Positions 36,678-48,634 of a stretch of DNA of 64,000 nt are shown here, one piece after another. Numbering within the stretch: position 1 is the stretch's first letter; each line of letters opens with the position of its first letter. The notes below the pieces were generated by a model, which had not been told where the DNA came from, did no database searches, and saw nothing but the letters and a program-made list of their open reading frames with translations. The position numbers and the translations under genes are program-made. Where the stretch lies: NCBI RefSeq assembly GCF_044324875.1, contig NZ_CP172185.1, one strand, 5' to 3'. The stretch is from Escherichia coli (GTDB lineage: Bacteria > Pseudomonadota > Gammaproteobacteria > Enterobacterales > Enterobacteriaceae).

Positions 36678-37379
36678 TTACGATTTACAGTTGAGTTGCG
36701 GCGTTTCCGCCCCGTAGTCATTGATGGTTCGGTACGTTACGCTACTGTTTTGAGCACCCTTTGGCAGAGGGAATTGGTATTTATCAAAGGGGGAAATCAT
36801 TTGATTTTTAACTACTTTTCCACCTATTTTCAGGTCTGTCAGGGTAATGAAATAAGGTGTTGGGTTACTGACCGTAACCATGTCAGCTGACGAAGTGCAA
36901 CGCAGTTTCGCCGGAGCCTCGGCTAAGGGATACGCTAAACCTTTTGGTCGCCAGAAAAGTTTGATGACGCTTTGTGTGGCAATCTTCAGGGTATTGCCTT
37001 CTTCCCGCTTCGTTGTTGAAGGGACTGCCCGTACGCTGGTGAAGAAAAGAGTTTCTCTGTCTTTCGCCAACGGCGCGCCAATGTACATAATGCGTAACAA
37101 ATTCTCGTTTGCCGGATTCAGCACAAATAGCGGTGGTGTAATAATAAAGTCCGCTGATTTTTTATTATCTGGTGTCATCACCCATGACTGAATAAGATAA
37201 GGAACATCCGGACTGGTGTTACGTACACCCAGTGAAATTTGCTCTTCACCTTCCGAATAAACAAGACGTGTTGCTGCAAGTCCGACCCCACCTTTACCTG
37301 CCGCCCATGTGAACGAACAGCTGAGTAATATTGCCGTTAAACTTACGGTCACAATTCCCTTTGTTATGCAAGTTTTCAT
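36678..37379 (-). CDS. elfD: Periplasmic fimbrial chaperone
   Basis: 233-aa ORF with signal peptide; PapD-like. Confidence 0.85.
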   Translation of the reverse strand: MKTCITKGIVTVSLTAILLSCSFTWAAGKGGVGLAATRLVYSEGEEQISLGVRNTSPDVPYLIQSWVMTPDNKKSADFIITPPLFVLNPANENLLRIMYIGAPLAKDRETLFFTSVRAVPSTTKREEGNTLKIATQSVIKLFWRPKGLAYPLAEAPAKLRCTSSADMVTVSNPTPYFITLTDLKIGGKVVKNQMISPFDKYQFPLPKGAQNSSVTYRTINDYGAETPQLNCKS

Positions 37380-37461
37380 AAATAGTCACTCTTAAAAAAT
37401 ATGGATATCCCCTCCAGAACACTGGAGGGGGACTAATTAATAAAACAATTAATGTGTTCTA

Positions 37462-38004
37462 TTAATAATAGTTAATATGAAAATCCGTTACCGCATTAAC
37501 ATTACCTGAAGTCGCTTTACCCGTAGCGATATAATCAACTTTAAAAGTCACTGTTTGCTCAGCGGAATCCGCTAACTGAATATTCGACGTTTCAATACCG
37601 GGAGTTACCGATGTAGAACCATCTGGCAGATACATTTGTAGAGCAACATTCGTCGCTGCATCGGTGGAAGCCTGGTTGGCAAATGCTGTAGGTTGCACTC
37701 CGTCAGCCGTACCACTGAAGGTAAAAGTCGCATTTTTAGTTACAGTAACATCACAGCCTTCTAAGGCAATTGGTACATCAGTTTTAACGCCAGAGACTGC
37801 ACCATTAGTTTGCAACTTGGTGGCGCTGACATTTGGCAATGTGACTACTGAATCTTTGGTCGCAGCTACCAGCGAACAAGCTGGAGCAATGACTTTACCA
37901 TTAAATGTTACTTTGCCATCCGTGATAGCATTATCATCAGCCGCCATAGCACTGGACGTTGCACATACCACAGTTATAAACGCCGTCAATACACTTTTTT
38001 TCAT
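37462..38004 (-). CDS. elfA: Major fimbrial subunit
   Basis: Start at MKKSVLTAFITVVCATSSAMA signal peptide; C-terminal TDFHINYY beta-strand. Confidence 0.85.
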   Translation of the reverse strand: MKKSVLTAFITVVCATSSAMAADDNAITDGKVTFNGKVIAPACSLVAATKDSVVTLPNVSATKLQTNGAVSGVKTDVPIALEGCDVTVTKNATFTFSGTADGVQPTAFANQASTDAATNVALQMYLPDGSTSVTPGIETSNIQLADSAEQTVTFKVDYIATGKATSGNVNAVTDFHINYY

Positions 38005-38013
38005 CGTTATCAT

Positions 38014-38360
38014 CCTGATTTTTTCGTAAATATGATAATGCCTTTAAATGACATTGGACTTAATAATAACAACAATTGTCCGCCATTTAAATCAAGCATC
38101 CTTAATCCAATAAGTGACAAATCTTTAATTTATAGATTTCATGAATATTTTCTTATTACCTGAATGAGTAATTCATTGATTCAACATCGACTGAATATCC
38201 AATAAATAAATACACGTGATACATATCCCTCAATCCTTAGTTCATTTTTAGAAAAAGATACACAAAATTTATATTTGGCATTTTCTTGTCTCTCCGACAG
38301 ACTGACCGAATTGTTATCAATGTTAACAAAAAAAAGAACAATTGGTTATAAGGAGAGAGT
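38014..38360. promoter_or_regulatory. AT-rich divergent control region between elfA and ssuE
   Basis: About 350 bp, visibly strongly AT-rich with A/T tracts; lies between two divergent operons. Confidence 0.5.
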
Positions 38361-38936
38361 ATGCGTGTCATCACCCTGGCGGGTAGTCCTCGCTTTCCTT
38401 CTCGCTCCAGCTCCTTGCTGGAATATGCGCGGGAAAAACTGAATGGCCTGGATGTAGAGGTTTATCACTGGAATCTGCAAAACTTTGCCCCGGAAGATCT
38501 GCTTTATGCTCGTTTCGATAGTCCGGCACTCAAGACCTTCACCGAACAGCTGCAACAGGCTGATGGACTGATAGTCGCTACACCTGTGTATAAAGCCGCC
38601 TATTCCGGCGCGCTGAAAACCCTGCTCGACCTGCTCCCAGAGCGCGCTTTGCAAGGCAAAGTGGTGCTGCCGCTGGCGACAGGCGGCACGGTGGCTCATC
38701 TTTTGGCGGTCGATTACGCCCTTAAACCAGTTTTAAGTGCGCTGAAAGCCCAGGAGATCCTGCACGGCGTGTTTGCCGATGACTCACAGGTGATTGATTA
38801 CCACCACAAGCCGCAGTTCACGCCGAATTTACAAACCCGTCTTGATACCGCGCTAGAAACTTTCTGGCAGGCATTGCACCGTCGGGATGTTCAGGTTCCT
38901 GACCTTCTGTCTCTGCGAGGTAATGCCCATGCGTAA
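38361..38936 (+). CDS. ssuE: NADPH-dependent FMN reductase
   Basis: 191-aa ORF MRVITLAGSPRFPSRSS. Confidence 0.92.
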   Translation: MRVITLAGSPRFPSRSSSLLEYAREKLNGLDVEVYHWNLQNFAPEDLLYARFDSPALKTFTEQLQQADGLIVATPVYKAAYSGALKTLLDLLPERALQGKVVLPLATGGTVAHLLAVDYALKPVLSALKAQEILHGVFADDSQVIDYHHKPQFTPNLQTRLDTALETFWQALHRRDVQVPDLLSLRGNAHA

Positions 38937-39888
38937 GATCATTAAACTGGCGCTGGCGGGATTGCTTAGCGTCTCTACACTTGCTGTTGCCGCGGAGTCT
39001 TCGCCAGAGGCGTTACGGATTGGCTATCAGAAAAGCAACATCAGTTCGGTGCTGGCGAAAAATTACCAAATGCTGGAAAAACGCTATCCGCAAACAAAAA
39101 TCTCCTGGGTGGAGTTCCCGGCTGGCCCGCAGATGCTGGAGGCACTGAACGTCGGTAGTATCGATCTGGGTAGTACGGGAGATATTCCGCCAATCTTTGC
39201 TCAGGCCGCCGGGGCTGATTTGCTGTATGTGGGTGTCGAGCCACCGAAGCCCAAAGCCGAAGTGATTCTGGTGGCAGAAAATAGCCCGATCAAAACCGTA
39301 GCCGATCTTAAAGGTCACAAAGTTGCCTTTCAGAAAGGTTCCAGTTCGCACAATCTTTTACTACGCGCACTACGCCAGGCCGGGCTTAAGTTTACCGATA
39401 TACAACCCACTTACCTGACACCCGCTGATGCCCGCGCCGCGTTCCAGCTAGGTAACGTTGACGCCTGGGCTATCTGGGATCCCTACTACTCCGCTGCATT
39501 ATTACAGGGCGGCGTGCGGGTGTTGAAAGACGGCACCGATCTCAATCAAACCGGATCGTTTTATCTGGCAGCCCGTCCGTATGCAGAAAAAAACGGCGCA
39601 GTTATTCAGGGTGTACTGGCAACCTTTAGTGAGGCCGATGCGTTAACCCGCAGCCAGCGCGAGCAAAGCATCGCCTTATTGGCAAAAACGATGGGCTTAC
39701 CGGCCCCGGTGATTGCCTCGTATCTGGATCATCGCCCTCCCACCACCATCAAACCGGTTAACGCCGAAGTTGCCGCCTTACAGCAGCAAACGGCAGATCT
39801 GTTTTATGAAAACCGTCTGGTGCCGAAAAAAGTCGATATTCGCCAGCGTATCTGGCAGCCCACTCAACTGGAAGGAAAACAATTATGA
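38929..39888 (+). CDS. ssuA: Aliphatic sulfonate ABC transporter periplasmic binding protein
   Basis: 319-aa product [21 protein letters not shown]; overlaps ssuE stop. Confidence 0.9.
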   Translation: MRKIIKLALAGLLSVSTLAVAAESSPEALRIGYQKSNISSVLAKNYQMLEKRYPQTKISWVEFPAGPQMLEALNVGSIDLGSTGDIPPIFAQAAGADLLYVGVEPPKPKAEVILVAENSPIKTVADLKGHKVAFQKGSSSHNLLLRALRQAGLKFTDIQPTYLTPADARAAFQLGNVDAWAIWDPYYSAALLQGGVRVLKDGTDLNQTGSFYLAARPYAEKNGAVIQGVLATFSEADALTRSQREQSIALLAKTMGLPAPVIASYLDHRPPTTIKPVNAEVAALQQQTADLFYENRLVPKKVDIRQRIWQPTQLEGKQL

Positions 39889-41030
39889 GTCTGAATATGT
39901 TCTGGTTTTTACCGACCCACGGTGACGGGCATTATCTGGGAACGGAAGAAGGTTCACGCCCGGTTGATCACGGTTATCTGCAACAAATTGCGCAAGCGGC
40001 GGATCGCCTGGGCTATACCGGTGTGCTGATCCCAACGGGGCGCTCCTGCGAAGATGCGTGGCTGGTTGCCGCGTCGATGATCCCGGTGACGCAACGGCTG
40101 AAGTTTCTTGTCGCCCTGCGTCCCAGCGTAACCTCACCTACCGTTGCCGCCCGCCAGGCCGCCACGCTTGACCGTCTCTCGAATGGTCGTGCGTTGTTTA
40201 ATCTGGTCACAGGCAGCGATCCACAAGAGCTGGCAGGCGACGGCGTGTTCCTTGATCATAGCGAGCGCTACGAAGCCTCGGCGGAATTTACCCAGGTCTG
40301 GCGGCGCTTATTGCTGGGGGAAACCGTCAATTTCAACGGTAAACATATTCATGTGCGCGGAGCCAAACTGCTCTTCCCGCCGATTCAACAGCCGTATCCT
40401 CCGCTTTACTTTGGCGGATCGTCAGATGTCGCCCAGGAGCTGGCGGCAGAACAAGTTGATCTCTACCTCACCTGGGGCGAACCGCCGGAACTGGTTAAAG
40501 AGAAAATCGAACAAGTGCGGGCGAAAGCTGCCGCGCATGGACGCAAAATTCGTTTCGGTATTCGTCTGCATGTGATTGTTCGTGAAACCAACGACGAAGC
40601 GTGGCAGGCCGCCGAGCGGTTAATCTCGAATCTTGATGATGAGACTATCGCCAAAGCACAAGCCGCATTCGCCCGGACGGATTCCGTAGGACAACAGCGA
40701 ATGGCGGCGCTACATAACGGCAAGCGCGACAATCTGGAGATCAGCCCCAATTTATGGGCGGGTGTTGGCTTAGTGCGCGGCGGTGCCGGGACGGCACTGG
40801 TGGGCGATGGTCCGACGGTCGCTGCGCGAATCAACGAATACGCTGCACTTGGCATCGACAGTTTTGTGCTTTCGGGCTACCCGCATCTGGAAGAAGCGTA
40901 TCGGGTTGGCGAATTGCTGTTCCCGCATCTGGATGTCGCCATCCCGGAAATTCCGAAGCCGCAGCCGCTGAATCCGCAAGGCGAAGCGGTGGCAAATGAT
41001 TTTATCCCCCGTAAAGCCGCGCAAAGCTAA
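39885..41030 (+). CDS. ssuD: Alkanesulfonate monooxygenase (FMNH2-dependent)
   Basis: 381-aa [22 protein letters not shown], luciferase-like monooxygenase. Confidence 0.93.
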   Translation: MSLNMFWFLPTHGDGHYLGTEEGSRPVDHGYLQQIAQAADRLGYTGVLIPTGRSCEDAWLVAASMIPVTQRLKFLVALRPSVTSPTVAARQAATLDRLSNGRALFNLVTGSDPQELAGDGVFLDHSERYEASAEFTQVWRRLLLGETVNFNGKHIHVRGAKLLFPPIQQPYPPLYFGGSSDVAQELAAEQVDLYLTWGEPPELVKEKIEQVRAKAAAHGRKIRFGIRLHVIVRETNDEAWQAAERLISNLDDETIAKAQAAFARTDSVGQQRMAALHNGKRDNLEISPNLWAGVGLVRGGAGTALVGDGPTVAARINEYAALGIDSFVLSGYPHLEEAYRVGELLFPHLDVAIPEIPKPQPLNPQGEAVANDFIPRKAAQS

Positions 41031-41040
41031 GGAATAAATA

Positions 41041-41832
41041 ATGGCAACGCCAGTGAAGAAGTGGTTATTGCGCGTTGCCCCCTGGTTTTTACCGGTGGGC
41101 ATCGTGGCGGTGTGGCAACTGGCCTCCTCAGTTGGCTGGCTGTCGACGCGTATTTTGCCCTCTCCGGAAGGAGTGGTGACGGCGTTCTGGACGCTCTCCG
41201 CCAGCGGCGAATTGTGGCAGCATCTGGCGATCAGCTCCTGGCGGGCGTTGATTGGCTTTTCAATTGGCGGATCGCTGGGGTTGATTTTGGGACTGATTAG
41301 CGGGCTATCTCGCTGGGGAGAACGGCTGCTGGATACCTCCATTCAGATGTTGCGTAACGTGCCGCATCTGGCGCTGATCCCGCTGGTGATTTTGTGGTTT
41401 GGCATTGATGAATCCGCAAAAATCTTTCTGGTGGCGCTCGGCACGCTATTCCCCATTTATATCAACACCTGGCACGGCATCCGTAATATCGATCGCGGTC
41501 TGGTGGAAATGGCGCGTAGCTATGGATTATCCGGCATCCCGCTGTTTATCCATGTGATCCTGCCTGGTGCCCTGCCCTCCATTATGGTCGGCGTGCGTTT
41601 TGCGTTGGGCCTGATGTGGCTGACGCTGATTGTTGCCGAAACCATTTCTGCCAATTCCGGCATTGGTTATCTGGCGATGAATGCGCGGGAGTTTCTGCAA
41701 ACGGACGTGGTGGTTGTCGCCATTATTCTTTACGCCCTGCTCGGCAAACTTGCTGACGTCAGCGCGCAGCTGTTAGAGCGCCTCTGGTTGCGCTGGAACC
41801 CGGCTTATCATTTGAAGGAGGCCACGGTATGA
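41041..41832 (+). CDS. ssuC: Aliphatic sulfonate ABC transporter permease
   Basis: 263-aa membrane ORF. Confidence 0.9.
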   Translation: MATPVKKWLLRVAPWFLPVGIVAVWQLASSVGWLSTRILPSPEGVVTAFWTLSASGELWQHLAISSWRALIGFSIGGSLGLILGLISGLSRWGERLLDTSIQMLRNVPHLALIPLVILWFGIDESAKIFLVALGTLFPIYINTWHGIRNIDRGLVEMARSYGLSGIPLFIHVILPGALPSIMVGVRFALGLMWLTLIVAETISANSGIGYLAMNAREFLQTDVVVVAIILYALLGKLADVSAQLLERLWLRWNPAYHLKEATV

Positions 41833-42596
41833 ATACTGCTCGTCTGAACCAGGGCACACCATTGTTGCTCAATGCAGTAAGCAAACATTACGCGGAAAAT
41901 ATCGTCCTGAACCAACTGGATTTACATATTCCGGCTGGTCAGTTTGTGGCGGTGGTGGGCCGCAGCGGTGGTGGCAAAAGTACCCTGCTGCGCCTGCTGG
42001 CAGGTCTGGAAACGCCAACCGCTGGCGATGTGTTAGCGGGCACCACACCGCTGGCTGAAATTCAGGAAGACACGCGAATGATGTTTCAGGATGCGCGTCT
42101 GCTGCCGTGGAAATCGGTGATTGATAACGTTGGGTTAGGCCTTAAAGGCCAGTGGCGCGATGCCGCGCGTCGGGCGTTGGCTGCAGTAGGACTGGAGAAT
42201 CGCGCGGGGGAATGGCCTGCCGCACTTTCTGGCGGGCAGAAACAGCGTGTGGCGCTGGCAAGAGCGTTGATTCATCGACCGGGTTTATTATTGCTTGATG
42301 AACCGCTCGGGGCGCTGGACGCCTTAACGCGACTCGAGATGCAGGATTTGATTGTGTCACTTTGGCAGGAGCACGACTTTACCGTACTGTTGGTGACGCA
42401 TGATGTGAGCGAAGCGGTAGCAATGGCTGACCGGGTGTTGTTAATTGAAGAGGGAAAAATTGGTCTGGATTTGACGGTGGATATCCCCCGTCCGCGCCGG
42501 TTAGGGTCGGTGCGATTAGCGGAGCTGGAAGCGGAAGTGTTGCAACGGGTGATGCAGCGTGGGCACTCTGAACAACCGATTCGGCGTCATGGTTAA
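41829..42596 (+). CDS. ssuB: Aliphatic sulfonate ABC transporter ATP-binding protein
   Basis: 255-aa ORF with Walker [10 protein letters not shown] and ABC signature LSGGQKQR. Confidence 0.92.
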   Translation: MNTARLNQGTPLLLNAVSKHYAENIVLNQLDLHIPAGQFVAVVGRSGGGKSTLLRLLAGLETPTAGDVLAGTTPLAEIQEDTRMMFQDARLLPWKSVIDNVGLGLKGQWRDAARRALAAVGLENRAGEWPAALSGGQKQRVALARALIHRPGLLLLDEPLGALDALTRLEMQDLIVSLWQEHDFTVLLVTHDVSEAVAMADRVLLIEEGKIGLDLTVDIPRPRRLGSVRLAELEAEVLQRVMQRGHSEQPIRRHG

Positions 42597-42597
42597 T

Positions 42598-42795
42598 ATG
42601 CCGGATGTGGCGCACAAAACCAGCAGTTTCAACGGATTGTAGGCCTGATAAGACGCGTCAAGCGTCGCATCAGGCATTTGGGCACGGCTGCCGGATGCGG
42701 CGTGAACGCCTTATCCAGCCTACAAAACCAGCATTTTCAACGGACTTGTAGGCCTGACAAGACGCGTCAAGCGTCGCATCCGGCATTTTGGCTCA
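42598..42795. repeat. REP/BIME cluster
   Basis: Two near-identical units of about 95 bp (AAAACCAGCAGTTTCAACGGATTGTAGGCCTGATAAGACGCGTCAAGCGTCGCATCAGGCAT and its second copy) plus GCCGGATGCGGCGTGAACGCCTTATCC REP palindromes. Confidence 0.85.
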
Positions 42796-42801
42796 AAAGT
42801 A

Positions 42802-45414
42802 TCAAGCCAGTGCTTTAGTTATCTTCTCGTACAGATCGCCAGAGAGATTTTCCAGCCCTTTCAACTGCTCCAGCGCCGCGCGCATTTTCTCCTGACGTTT
42901 GGCATCGTAACGCTTCAGGCGAATCAGCGGTTCAATCAGACGTGAAGCCACCTGCGGGTTACGGCTGTTGAGATCGGTTAGCATTTCCACCAGGAACTGG
43001 TAACCGCTGCCATCTTCGGCATGGAACGCTGCCGGGTTGCTGCCCGCAAACGCACCAATCAACGAACGAATACGGTTCGGGTTGCTCATGGTAAATGAGC
43101 GATGCTGCAACAGGCCACGCACCGTCTCCAGCACATTCGCCGCCGGGCTGGTGGCTTGCAGGATAAACCATTTATCCATCACCAGACCATCCTGATGCCA
43201 CTTGTCGTCGTACTCCTGCATCAGCGCGTCACGGCAAGGCAGCTGTGCAGCAACCGCCGCAGAAAGCGCTGCCAGCGCATCGGTCATATTGTTTGCTTCA
43301 TGGTATTGCTTGCTCACCAGCACGTCAGCCAGATGCGTTTCACCAAAAGCAAGGAAGCGCAGGCAGGCATTACGCAGAGTGCGTTTTGCAATATCTTCAT
43401 GCTCAACACGGTACTCGCTCTGGTAATTCGCGTTGTAAATAGCCAGTAGCTCATCCGCCAGTTCAGTCGCCAGAGTACGAGTGAGTGCTTCGCGTACTTC
43501 AGCAATAGCAATCGGGTCGATGATATCGAACAGTTCTGCCATTTCATTGACGGAAGGCAGCGTCAGGATTTCTGCCGCCAGTGCCGGATCAATCTTCTCA
43601 TCAAGCAGTACCGCGCGGAAAGCATCAGCCACATGCACCGGCAGAGACAGCGGCTGACCTTGCTGATGACGCGCGACGTTCAGCTTGATGTAGGTTGCCA
43701 GCAGGCTTTGCGCCGCATCCCAGCGGGAGAAATCATTACGCGCATGACGCATCAGGAAGGTCAGTTGCTGATCGCTCCACTTATATTCCAGTTTCACTGG
43801 CGCAGAGAATTCGCACAGCAGCGCAGGCACCGGCTGGAAGTAGACATTATCAAAGACAAAGGTCTGTTCCGCCTGGGTGACGTTCAGCACCGAATTGACC
43901 GGATGACCGCCTTTCTGCAACGGGATCACTTTGCCTTCGTTATCATACAGTTCGATGGCAAACGGAATATGCAGCGGCTGTTTTTCTGCCTGATCCGGCG
44001 TAGCAGGCGTACGCTGGCTGATGGTCAGGGTGTACTGCTCGGTTTCCGGATTATAGTCGTCTTTGACGGTCACAACCGGCGTACCGGACTGGCTGTACCA
44101 ACGGCGGAAATGAGAGAGATCGACATTTGACGCATCTTCCATTGCCTGAACAAAATCGTCGCAGGTTGCCGCGCTGCCATCATGGCGCTCGAAATAAAGC
44201 TGCATCCCTTTCTGGAAGTTTTCTTCGCCCAGCAGGGTGTGGATCATGCGAATCACTTCCGCGCCCTTCTCGTAAACGGTCAGGGTGTAGAAGTTGTTCA
44301 TCTCAATGACCATATCCGGGCGGATCGGGTGCGCCATCGGGCTGGCGTCTTCTGCAAACTGCAATCCGCGCATGGTGCGCACATTATTGATGCGGTTAAC
44401 TGCGCGGGAACCAAGGTCAGAGCTGAACTCCTGATCGCGGAAGACGGTTAAACCTTCTTTCAGGCTGAGCTGGAACCAGTCGCGGCAAGTCACACGGTTA
44501 CCGGTCCAGTTATGGAAATATTCATGGCCGATAACACGCTCAATATCGAGGTAATCTTTATCGGTGGCGGTGTCGGTACGGGCCAGCACATATTTGGAGT
44601 TAAAGATATTCAGACCTTTATTCTCCATTGCGCCCATATTGAAGAAATCCACCGCGACGATCATATAGATGTCGAGGTCATACTCCAGGCCGAAGCGTTC
44701 TTCATCCCATTTCATGGAGTTTTTCAGCGAGGTCATCGCCCACGGCGCACGATCAAGGTTGCCGCGATCGACGTACAGCTCCAGCGCAACTTCGCGACCA
44801 GAACGCGTGGTGAAGGTGTCGCGCAGCACGTCGAAGTCGCCTGCCACCAGCGCAAACAGGTAGCACGGTTTCGGGAACGGGTCCTGCCACTGTACCCAGT
44901 GACGTCCGTTTTCCAGTTCGCCTTGCGCAACGCGGTTACCGTTGGAAAGCAGGAAGGGATATTTGGTTTTATCGGCAATAATTTTGGTGGTAAAACGCGC
45001 CAGCACGTCCGGGCGGTCAAGATAATACGTAATATGGCGGAAACCTTCGGCTTCACACTGAGTGCAAAGCGCATCGCCTGACTGATAAAGCCCTTCCAGC
45101 GCGGTATTCGTCGCCGGGCTAATTTCATTAACGATCTTAAGCGTAAAACGCTCCGGCAAATTACTGATGACCAGTGCGCCCTCTTCTTCTTTCCAGGCGG
45201 TCCACGGCTCATCATTAATATGAACAGAAACCAGTTTAAGATCTTCGCCATCAAGACGAAGCGGAGCATCTGATGCACCATGACGGACAGCCTGGCTGAC
45301 CGCGGTAACGACCGTCTTTTGCGCGTCCAGGTCAAAGGTCAAGTCAATATCAGTAATCTGGTAATCCGGCGCACGATAATCGTGACGGTATTTGGCTTGT
45401 GGCTGTTGAGTCAT
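42802..45414 (-). CDS. pepN: Aminopeptidase N
   Basis: 870-aa ORF with zinc metallopeptidase motifs HEYFHNW and GAMEN. Confidence 0.95.
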   Translation of the reverse strand: MTQQPQAKYRHDYRAPDYQITDIDLTFDLDAQKTVVTAVSQAVRHGASDAPLRLDGEDLKLVSVHINDEPWTAWKEEEGALVISNLPERFTLKIVNEISPATNTALEGLYQSGDALCTQCEAEGFRHITYYLDRPDVLARFTTKIIADKTKYPFLLSNGNRVAQGELENGRHWVQWQDPFPKPCYLFALVAGDFDVLRDTFTTRSGREVALELYVDRGNLDRAPWAMTSLKNSMKWDEERFGLEYDLDIYMIVAVDFFNMGAMENKGLNIFNSKYVLARTDTATDKDYLDIERVIGHEYFHNWTGNRVTCRDWFQLSLKEGLTVFRDQEFSSDLGSRAVNRINNVRTMRGLQFAEDASPMAHPIRPDMVIEMNNFYTLTVYEKGAEVIRMIHTLLGEENFQKGMQLYFERHDGSAATCDDFVQAMEDASNVDLSHFRRWYSQSGTPVVTVKDDYNPETEQYTLTISQRTPATPDQAEKQPLHIPFAIELYDNEGKVIPLQKGGHPVNSVLNVTQAEQTFVFDNVYFQPVPALLCEFSAPVKLEYKWSDQQLTFLMRHARNDFSRWDAAQSLLATYIKLNVARHQQGQPLSLPVHVADAFRAVLLDEKIDPALAAEILTLPSVNEMAELFDIIDPIAIAEVREALTRTLATELADELLAIYNANYQSEYRVEHEDIAKRTLRNACLRFLAFGETHLADVLVSKQYHEANNMTDALAALSAAVAAQLPCRDALMQEYDDKWHQDGLVMDKWFILQATSPAANVLETVRGLLQHRSFTMSNPNRIRSLIGAFAGSNPAAFHAEDGSGYQFLVEMLTDLNSRNPQVASRLIEPLIRLKRYDAKRQEKMRAALEQLKGLENLSGDLYEKITKALA

Positions 45415-45679
45415 AAATAACCTTTAGCATCTTTTATAGAGTCTGGTGTTCAGTCTATTCCTGTTGCGTAAATCGCGCTATGCAGAATCTTCATCTTTTC
45501 AGGTACAAACGCCTTTATTGCTACATTTTTATAACATACACCGCGTAATGCCATCGACCAGAAAGGTGGCATATGGTGTGATCGGGGTTCAATAAATTGC
45601 GAAACAAGGTATACTCCAGCAGTTCCTGAAGATGTTTATTGTACTAAACGCTCCTGTACGAGGACGCTACTGCGCACCT

Positions 45680-46882
45680 ATGACACAATTCGCTTCTCCT
45701 GTTCTGCACTCGTTGCTGGATACAGATGCTTATAAGTTGCATATGCAGCAAGCCGTGTTTCATCACTATTACGATGTGCATGTCGCGGCGGAGTTTCGTT
45801 GCCGAGGTGACGATCTGCTGGGTATTTATGCCGATGCTATTCGTGAACAGGTTCAGGCGATGCAGCACCTGCGCCTGCAGGATGATGAATATCAATGGCT
45901 CTCAGCCCTGCCTTTCTTTAAGGCCGACTATCTTAACTGGCTACGCGAGTTCCGCTTTAACCCGGAACAAGTCACCGTGTCCAACGATAATGGCAAGCTG
46001 GATATTCGTTTAAGCGGCCCGTGGCGTGAAGTCATCCTCTGGGAAGTTCCTTTGCTGGCGGTTATCAGTGAAATGGTACATCGCTATCGCTCACCGCAGG
46101 CCGACGTTGCGCAAGCCCTCGACACGCTGGAAAGCAAATTAGCCGATTTCTCGGCATTAACCGCCGGTCTTGATATGTCGCGCTTCCATCTGATGGATTT
46201 TGGCACCCGCCGACGTTTTTCTCGTGAAGTACAAGAAACCATCGTGAAACGTCTGCAACAGGAATCCTGGTTCGTGGGCACCAGCAACTACGATCTGGCG
46301 CGTCGGCTTTCCCTCACGCCAATGGGAACACAAGCACACGAATGGTTCCAGGCGCATCAGCAAATCAGTCCGGATCTTGCCAACAGCCAGCGAGCTGCAC
46401 TTGCTGCCTGGCTGGAAGAATATCCCGACCAACTTGGCATTGCATTAACCGACTGCATCACTATGGATGCTTTCCTGCGTGATTTCGGTGTCGAGTTCGC
46501 CAGTCGCTATCAGGGCCTGCGTCATGACTCCGGCGACCCGGTTGAATGGGGTGAAAAAGCCATTGCACATTATGAGAAGCTGGGAATTGATCCACAGAGT
46601 AAAACGCTGGTTTTCTCTGACAATCTGGATTTACGCAAAGCGGTTGAGCTATACCGCCACTTCTCTTCCCGCGTGCAATTAAGTTTTGGTATTGGGACTC
46701 GCCTGACCTGCGATATCCCCCAGGTAAAACCCCTGAATATTGTCATTAAGTTGGTAGAGTGTAACGGTAAACCGGTGGCGAAACTTTCTGACAGCCCTGG
46801 CAAAACTATCTGCCATGATAAAGCGTTTGTTCGGGCGCTGCGCAAAGCGTTCGACCTTCCGCATATTAAAAAAGCCAGTTAA
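45680..46882 (+). CDS. pncB: Nicotinate phosphoribosyltransferase
   Basis: 400-aa product [22 protein letters not shown]; ORF 45632..46882 is an upstream extension. Confidence 0.92.
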   Translation: MTQFASPVLHSLLDTDAYKLHMQQAVFHHYYDVHVAAEFRCRGDDLLGIYADAIREQVQAMQHLRLQDDEYQWLSALPFFKADYLNWLREFRFNPEQVTVSNDNGKLDIRLSGPWREVILWEVPLLAVISEMVHRYRSPQADVAQALDTLESKLADFSALTAGLDMSRFHLMDFGTRRRFSREVQETIVKRLQQESWFVGTSNYDLARRLSLTPMGTQAHEWFQAHQQISPDLANSQRAALAAWLEEYPDQLGIALTDCITMDAFLRDFGVEFASRYQGLRHDSGDPVEWGEKAIAHYEKLGIDPQSKTLVFSDNLDLRKAVELYRHFSSRVQLSFGIGTRLTCDIPQVKPLNIVIKLVECNGKPVAKLSDSPGKTICHDKAFVRALRKAFDLPHIKKAS

Positions 46883-46890
46883 TATCATCA

Positions 46891-46916
46891 GGGAGCTAAT
46901 CGGCTCCCTTTTTTTA
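46891..46916 (+). terminator. pncB rho-independent terminator
   Basis: GGGAGC-taatcg-GCTCCC followed by TTTTTTT. Confidence 0.7.
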
Positions 46917-47050
46917 CCTTTAATTCCGAAATCTTTCGCTGCATTTGCGAATTCTGCTTGTCTGATTGCAGATGCCAGGTAACATAGGTATCCCCCCATT
47001 TACGGGTGGACAAGTGTTTATTTTTTCCGACTATTAACAGAGAGAATATT

Positions 47051-48451
47051 ATGAGCGTTGTGCCTGTAGCCGACGTACTCCAGGGCCGCGTAGCCGTTGA
47101 CAGCGAAGTCACCGTGCGCGGATGGGTACGTACCCGCCGAGATTCAAAAGCTGGCATCTCCTTCCTCGCCGTTTATGACGGTTCCTGCTTTGATCCTGTA
47201 CAGGCTGTCATCAATAATTCTCTGCCCAATTACAATGAAGACGTCTTGCGTCTGACCACCGGCTGCTCGGTCATTGTGACGGGTAAAGTCGTGGCGTCGC
47301 CGGGCCAGGGGCAACAATTTGAAATTCAGGCCAGCAAGGTTGAAGTTGCTGGTTGGGTTGAAGATCCAGACACTTACCCGATGGCGGCAAAACGCCACAG
47401 CATTGAGTATCTGCGTGAAGTCGCTCACCTGCGTCCGCGCACAAACCTGATTGGTGCCGTCGCGCGCGTTCGCCATACGCTGGCGCAGGCGCTGCATCGC
47501 TTCTTTAACGAGCAGGGATTCTTCTGGGTTTCAACGCCACTGATTACTGCGTCTGATACCGAAGGGGCTGGCGAAATGTTCCGCGTTTCTACGCTGGATC
47601 TGGAAAACCTGCCGCGTAACGATCAGGGCAAAGTGGATTTCGACAAAGACTTCTTTGGTAAAGAGTCTTTCCTGACCGTATCTGGCCAGTTGAACGGCGA
47701 AACCTACGCTTGCGCATTGTCCAAAATTTATACCTTCGGCCCGACTTTCCGTGCTGAAAACTCCAACACCAGCCGTCACCTGGCGGAATTCTGGATGCTG
47801 GAGCCGGAAGTGGCGTTTGCTAACCTGAACGATATTGCGGGTCTGGCTGAAGCCATGCTGAAATATGTCTTCAAAGCGGTTCTCGAAGAACGCGCTGACG
47901 ACATGAAATTCTTCGCTGAACGCGTAGATAAAGATGCCGTTTCACGTCTGGAACGCTTTATTGAGGCCGATTTCGCGCAGGTGGATTACACCGACGCAGT
48001 GACCATTCTCGAAAACTGCGGCAGGAAGTTTGAAAACCCGGTTTACTGGGGCGTCGATCTCTCTTCTGAGCATGAGCGTTATCTGGCGGAAGAACACTTT
48101 AAAGCACCGGTAGTGGTTAAAAACTATCCGAAAGATATTAAAGCGTTCTATATGCGCCTTAACGAAGACGGTAAAACCGTTGCGGCTATGGACGTTCTGG
48201 CTCCGGGCATCGGTGAGATCATTGGTGGCTCCCAGCGTGAAGAGCGTCTGGACGTGCTGGACGAGCGTATGCTGGAAATGGGCCTGAACAAAGAAGATTA
48301 CTGGTGGTATCGCGATCTGCGTCGCTACGGTACTGTTCCGCATTCCGGTTTCGGTCTTGGTTTTGAACGCCTGATTGCTTACGTAACAGGCGTGCAAAAC
48401 GTGCGTGATGTGATTCCGTTCCCACGTACTCCACGTAACGCCAGCTTCTAA
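47051..48451 (+). CDS. asnS: Asparaginyl-tRNA synthetase
   Basis: 466-aa product [25 protein letters not shown]; class II aaRS motifs. Confidence 0.95.
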
Positions 48452-48465
48452 TTTAGCGTCTTCAA

Positions 48466-48494
48466 GAGCCAGCGCCCGCTGGCTCTTTTTTTAT
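48466..48494 (+). terminator. asnS rho-independent terminator
   Basis: AGAGCCAGC-gccc-GCTGGCTCT followed by TTTTTTT. Confidence 0.8.
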
Positions 48495-48562
48495 CCTTTC
48501 TGTCAAGTTATCTGTTTGTTAAGTCAAGCAATCTATTTGCAACCCCACCATAACGATCATCC

Positions 48563-48593
48563 TGTTACGGAATATTACACTGCAACATTTGCG
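48563..48593 (+). promoter_or_regulatory. Distal OmpR-binding site of ompF (F4-like)
   Basis: TGTTACGGAATATTACACTGCAACATTTGCG; it would sit about -380 to -350 from the predicted ompF start site once the 712-bp IS is subtracted. Confidence 0.55.
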
Positions 48594-48634
48594 CACAAAA
48601 AATAATCCGCATTCTTATTGCGGATTAGTTTTTT

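Noticed and set aside
42598-42795. Possible CRISPR array between ssuB and pepN
   Set aside because: The repeats are about 95-bp units and REP palindromes without regular short repeats separated by unique spacers, and there are no cas genes. This is a REP/BIME cluster.
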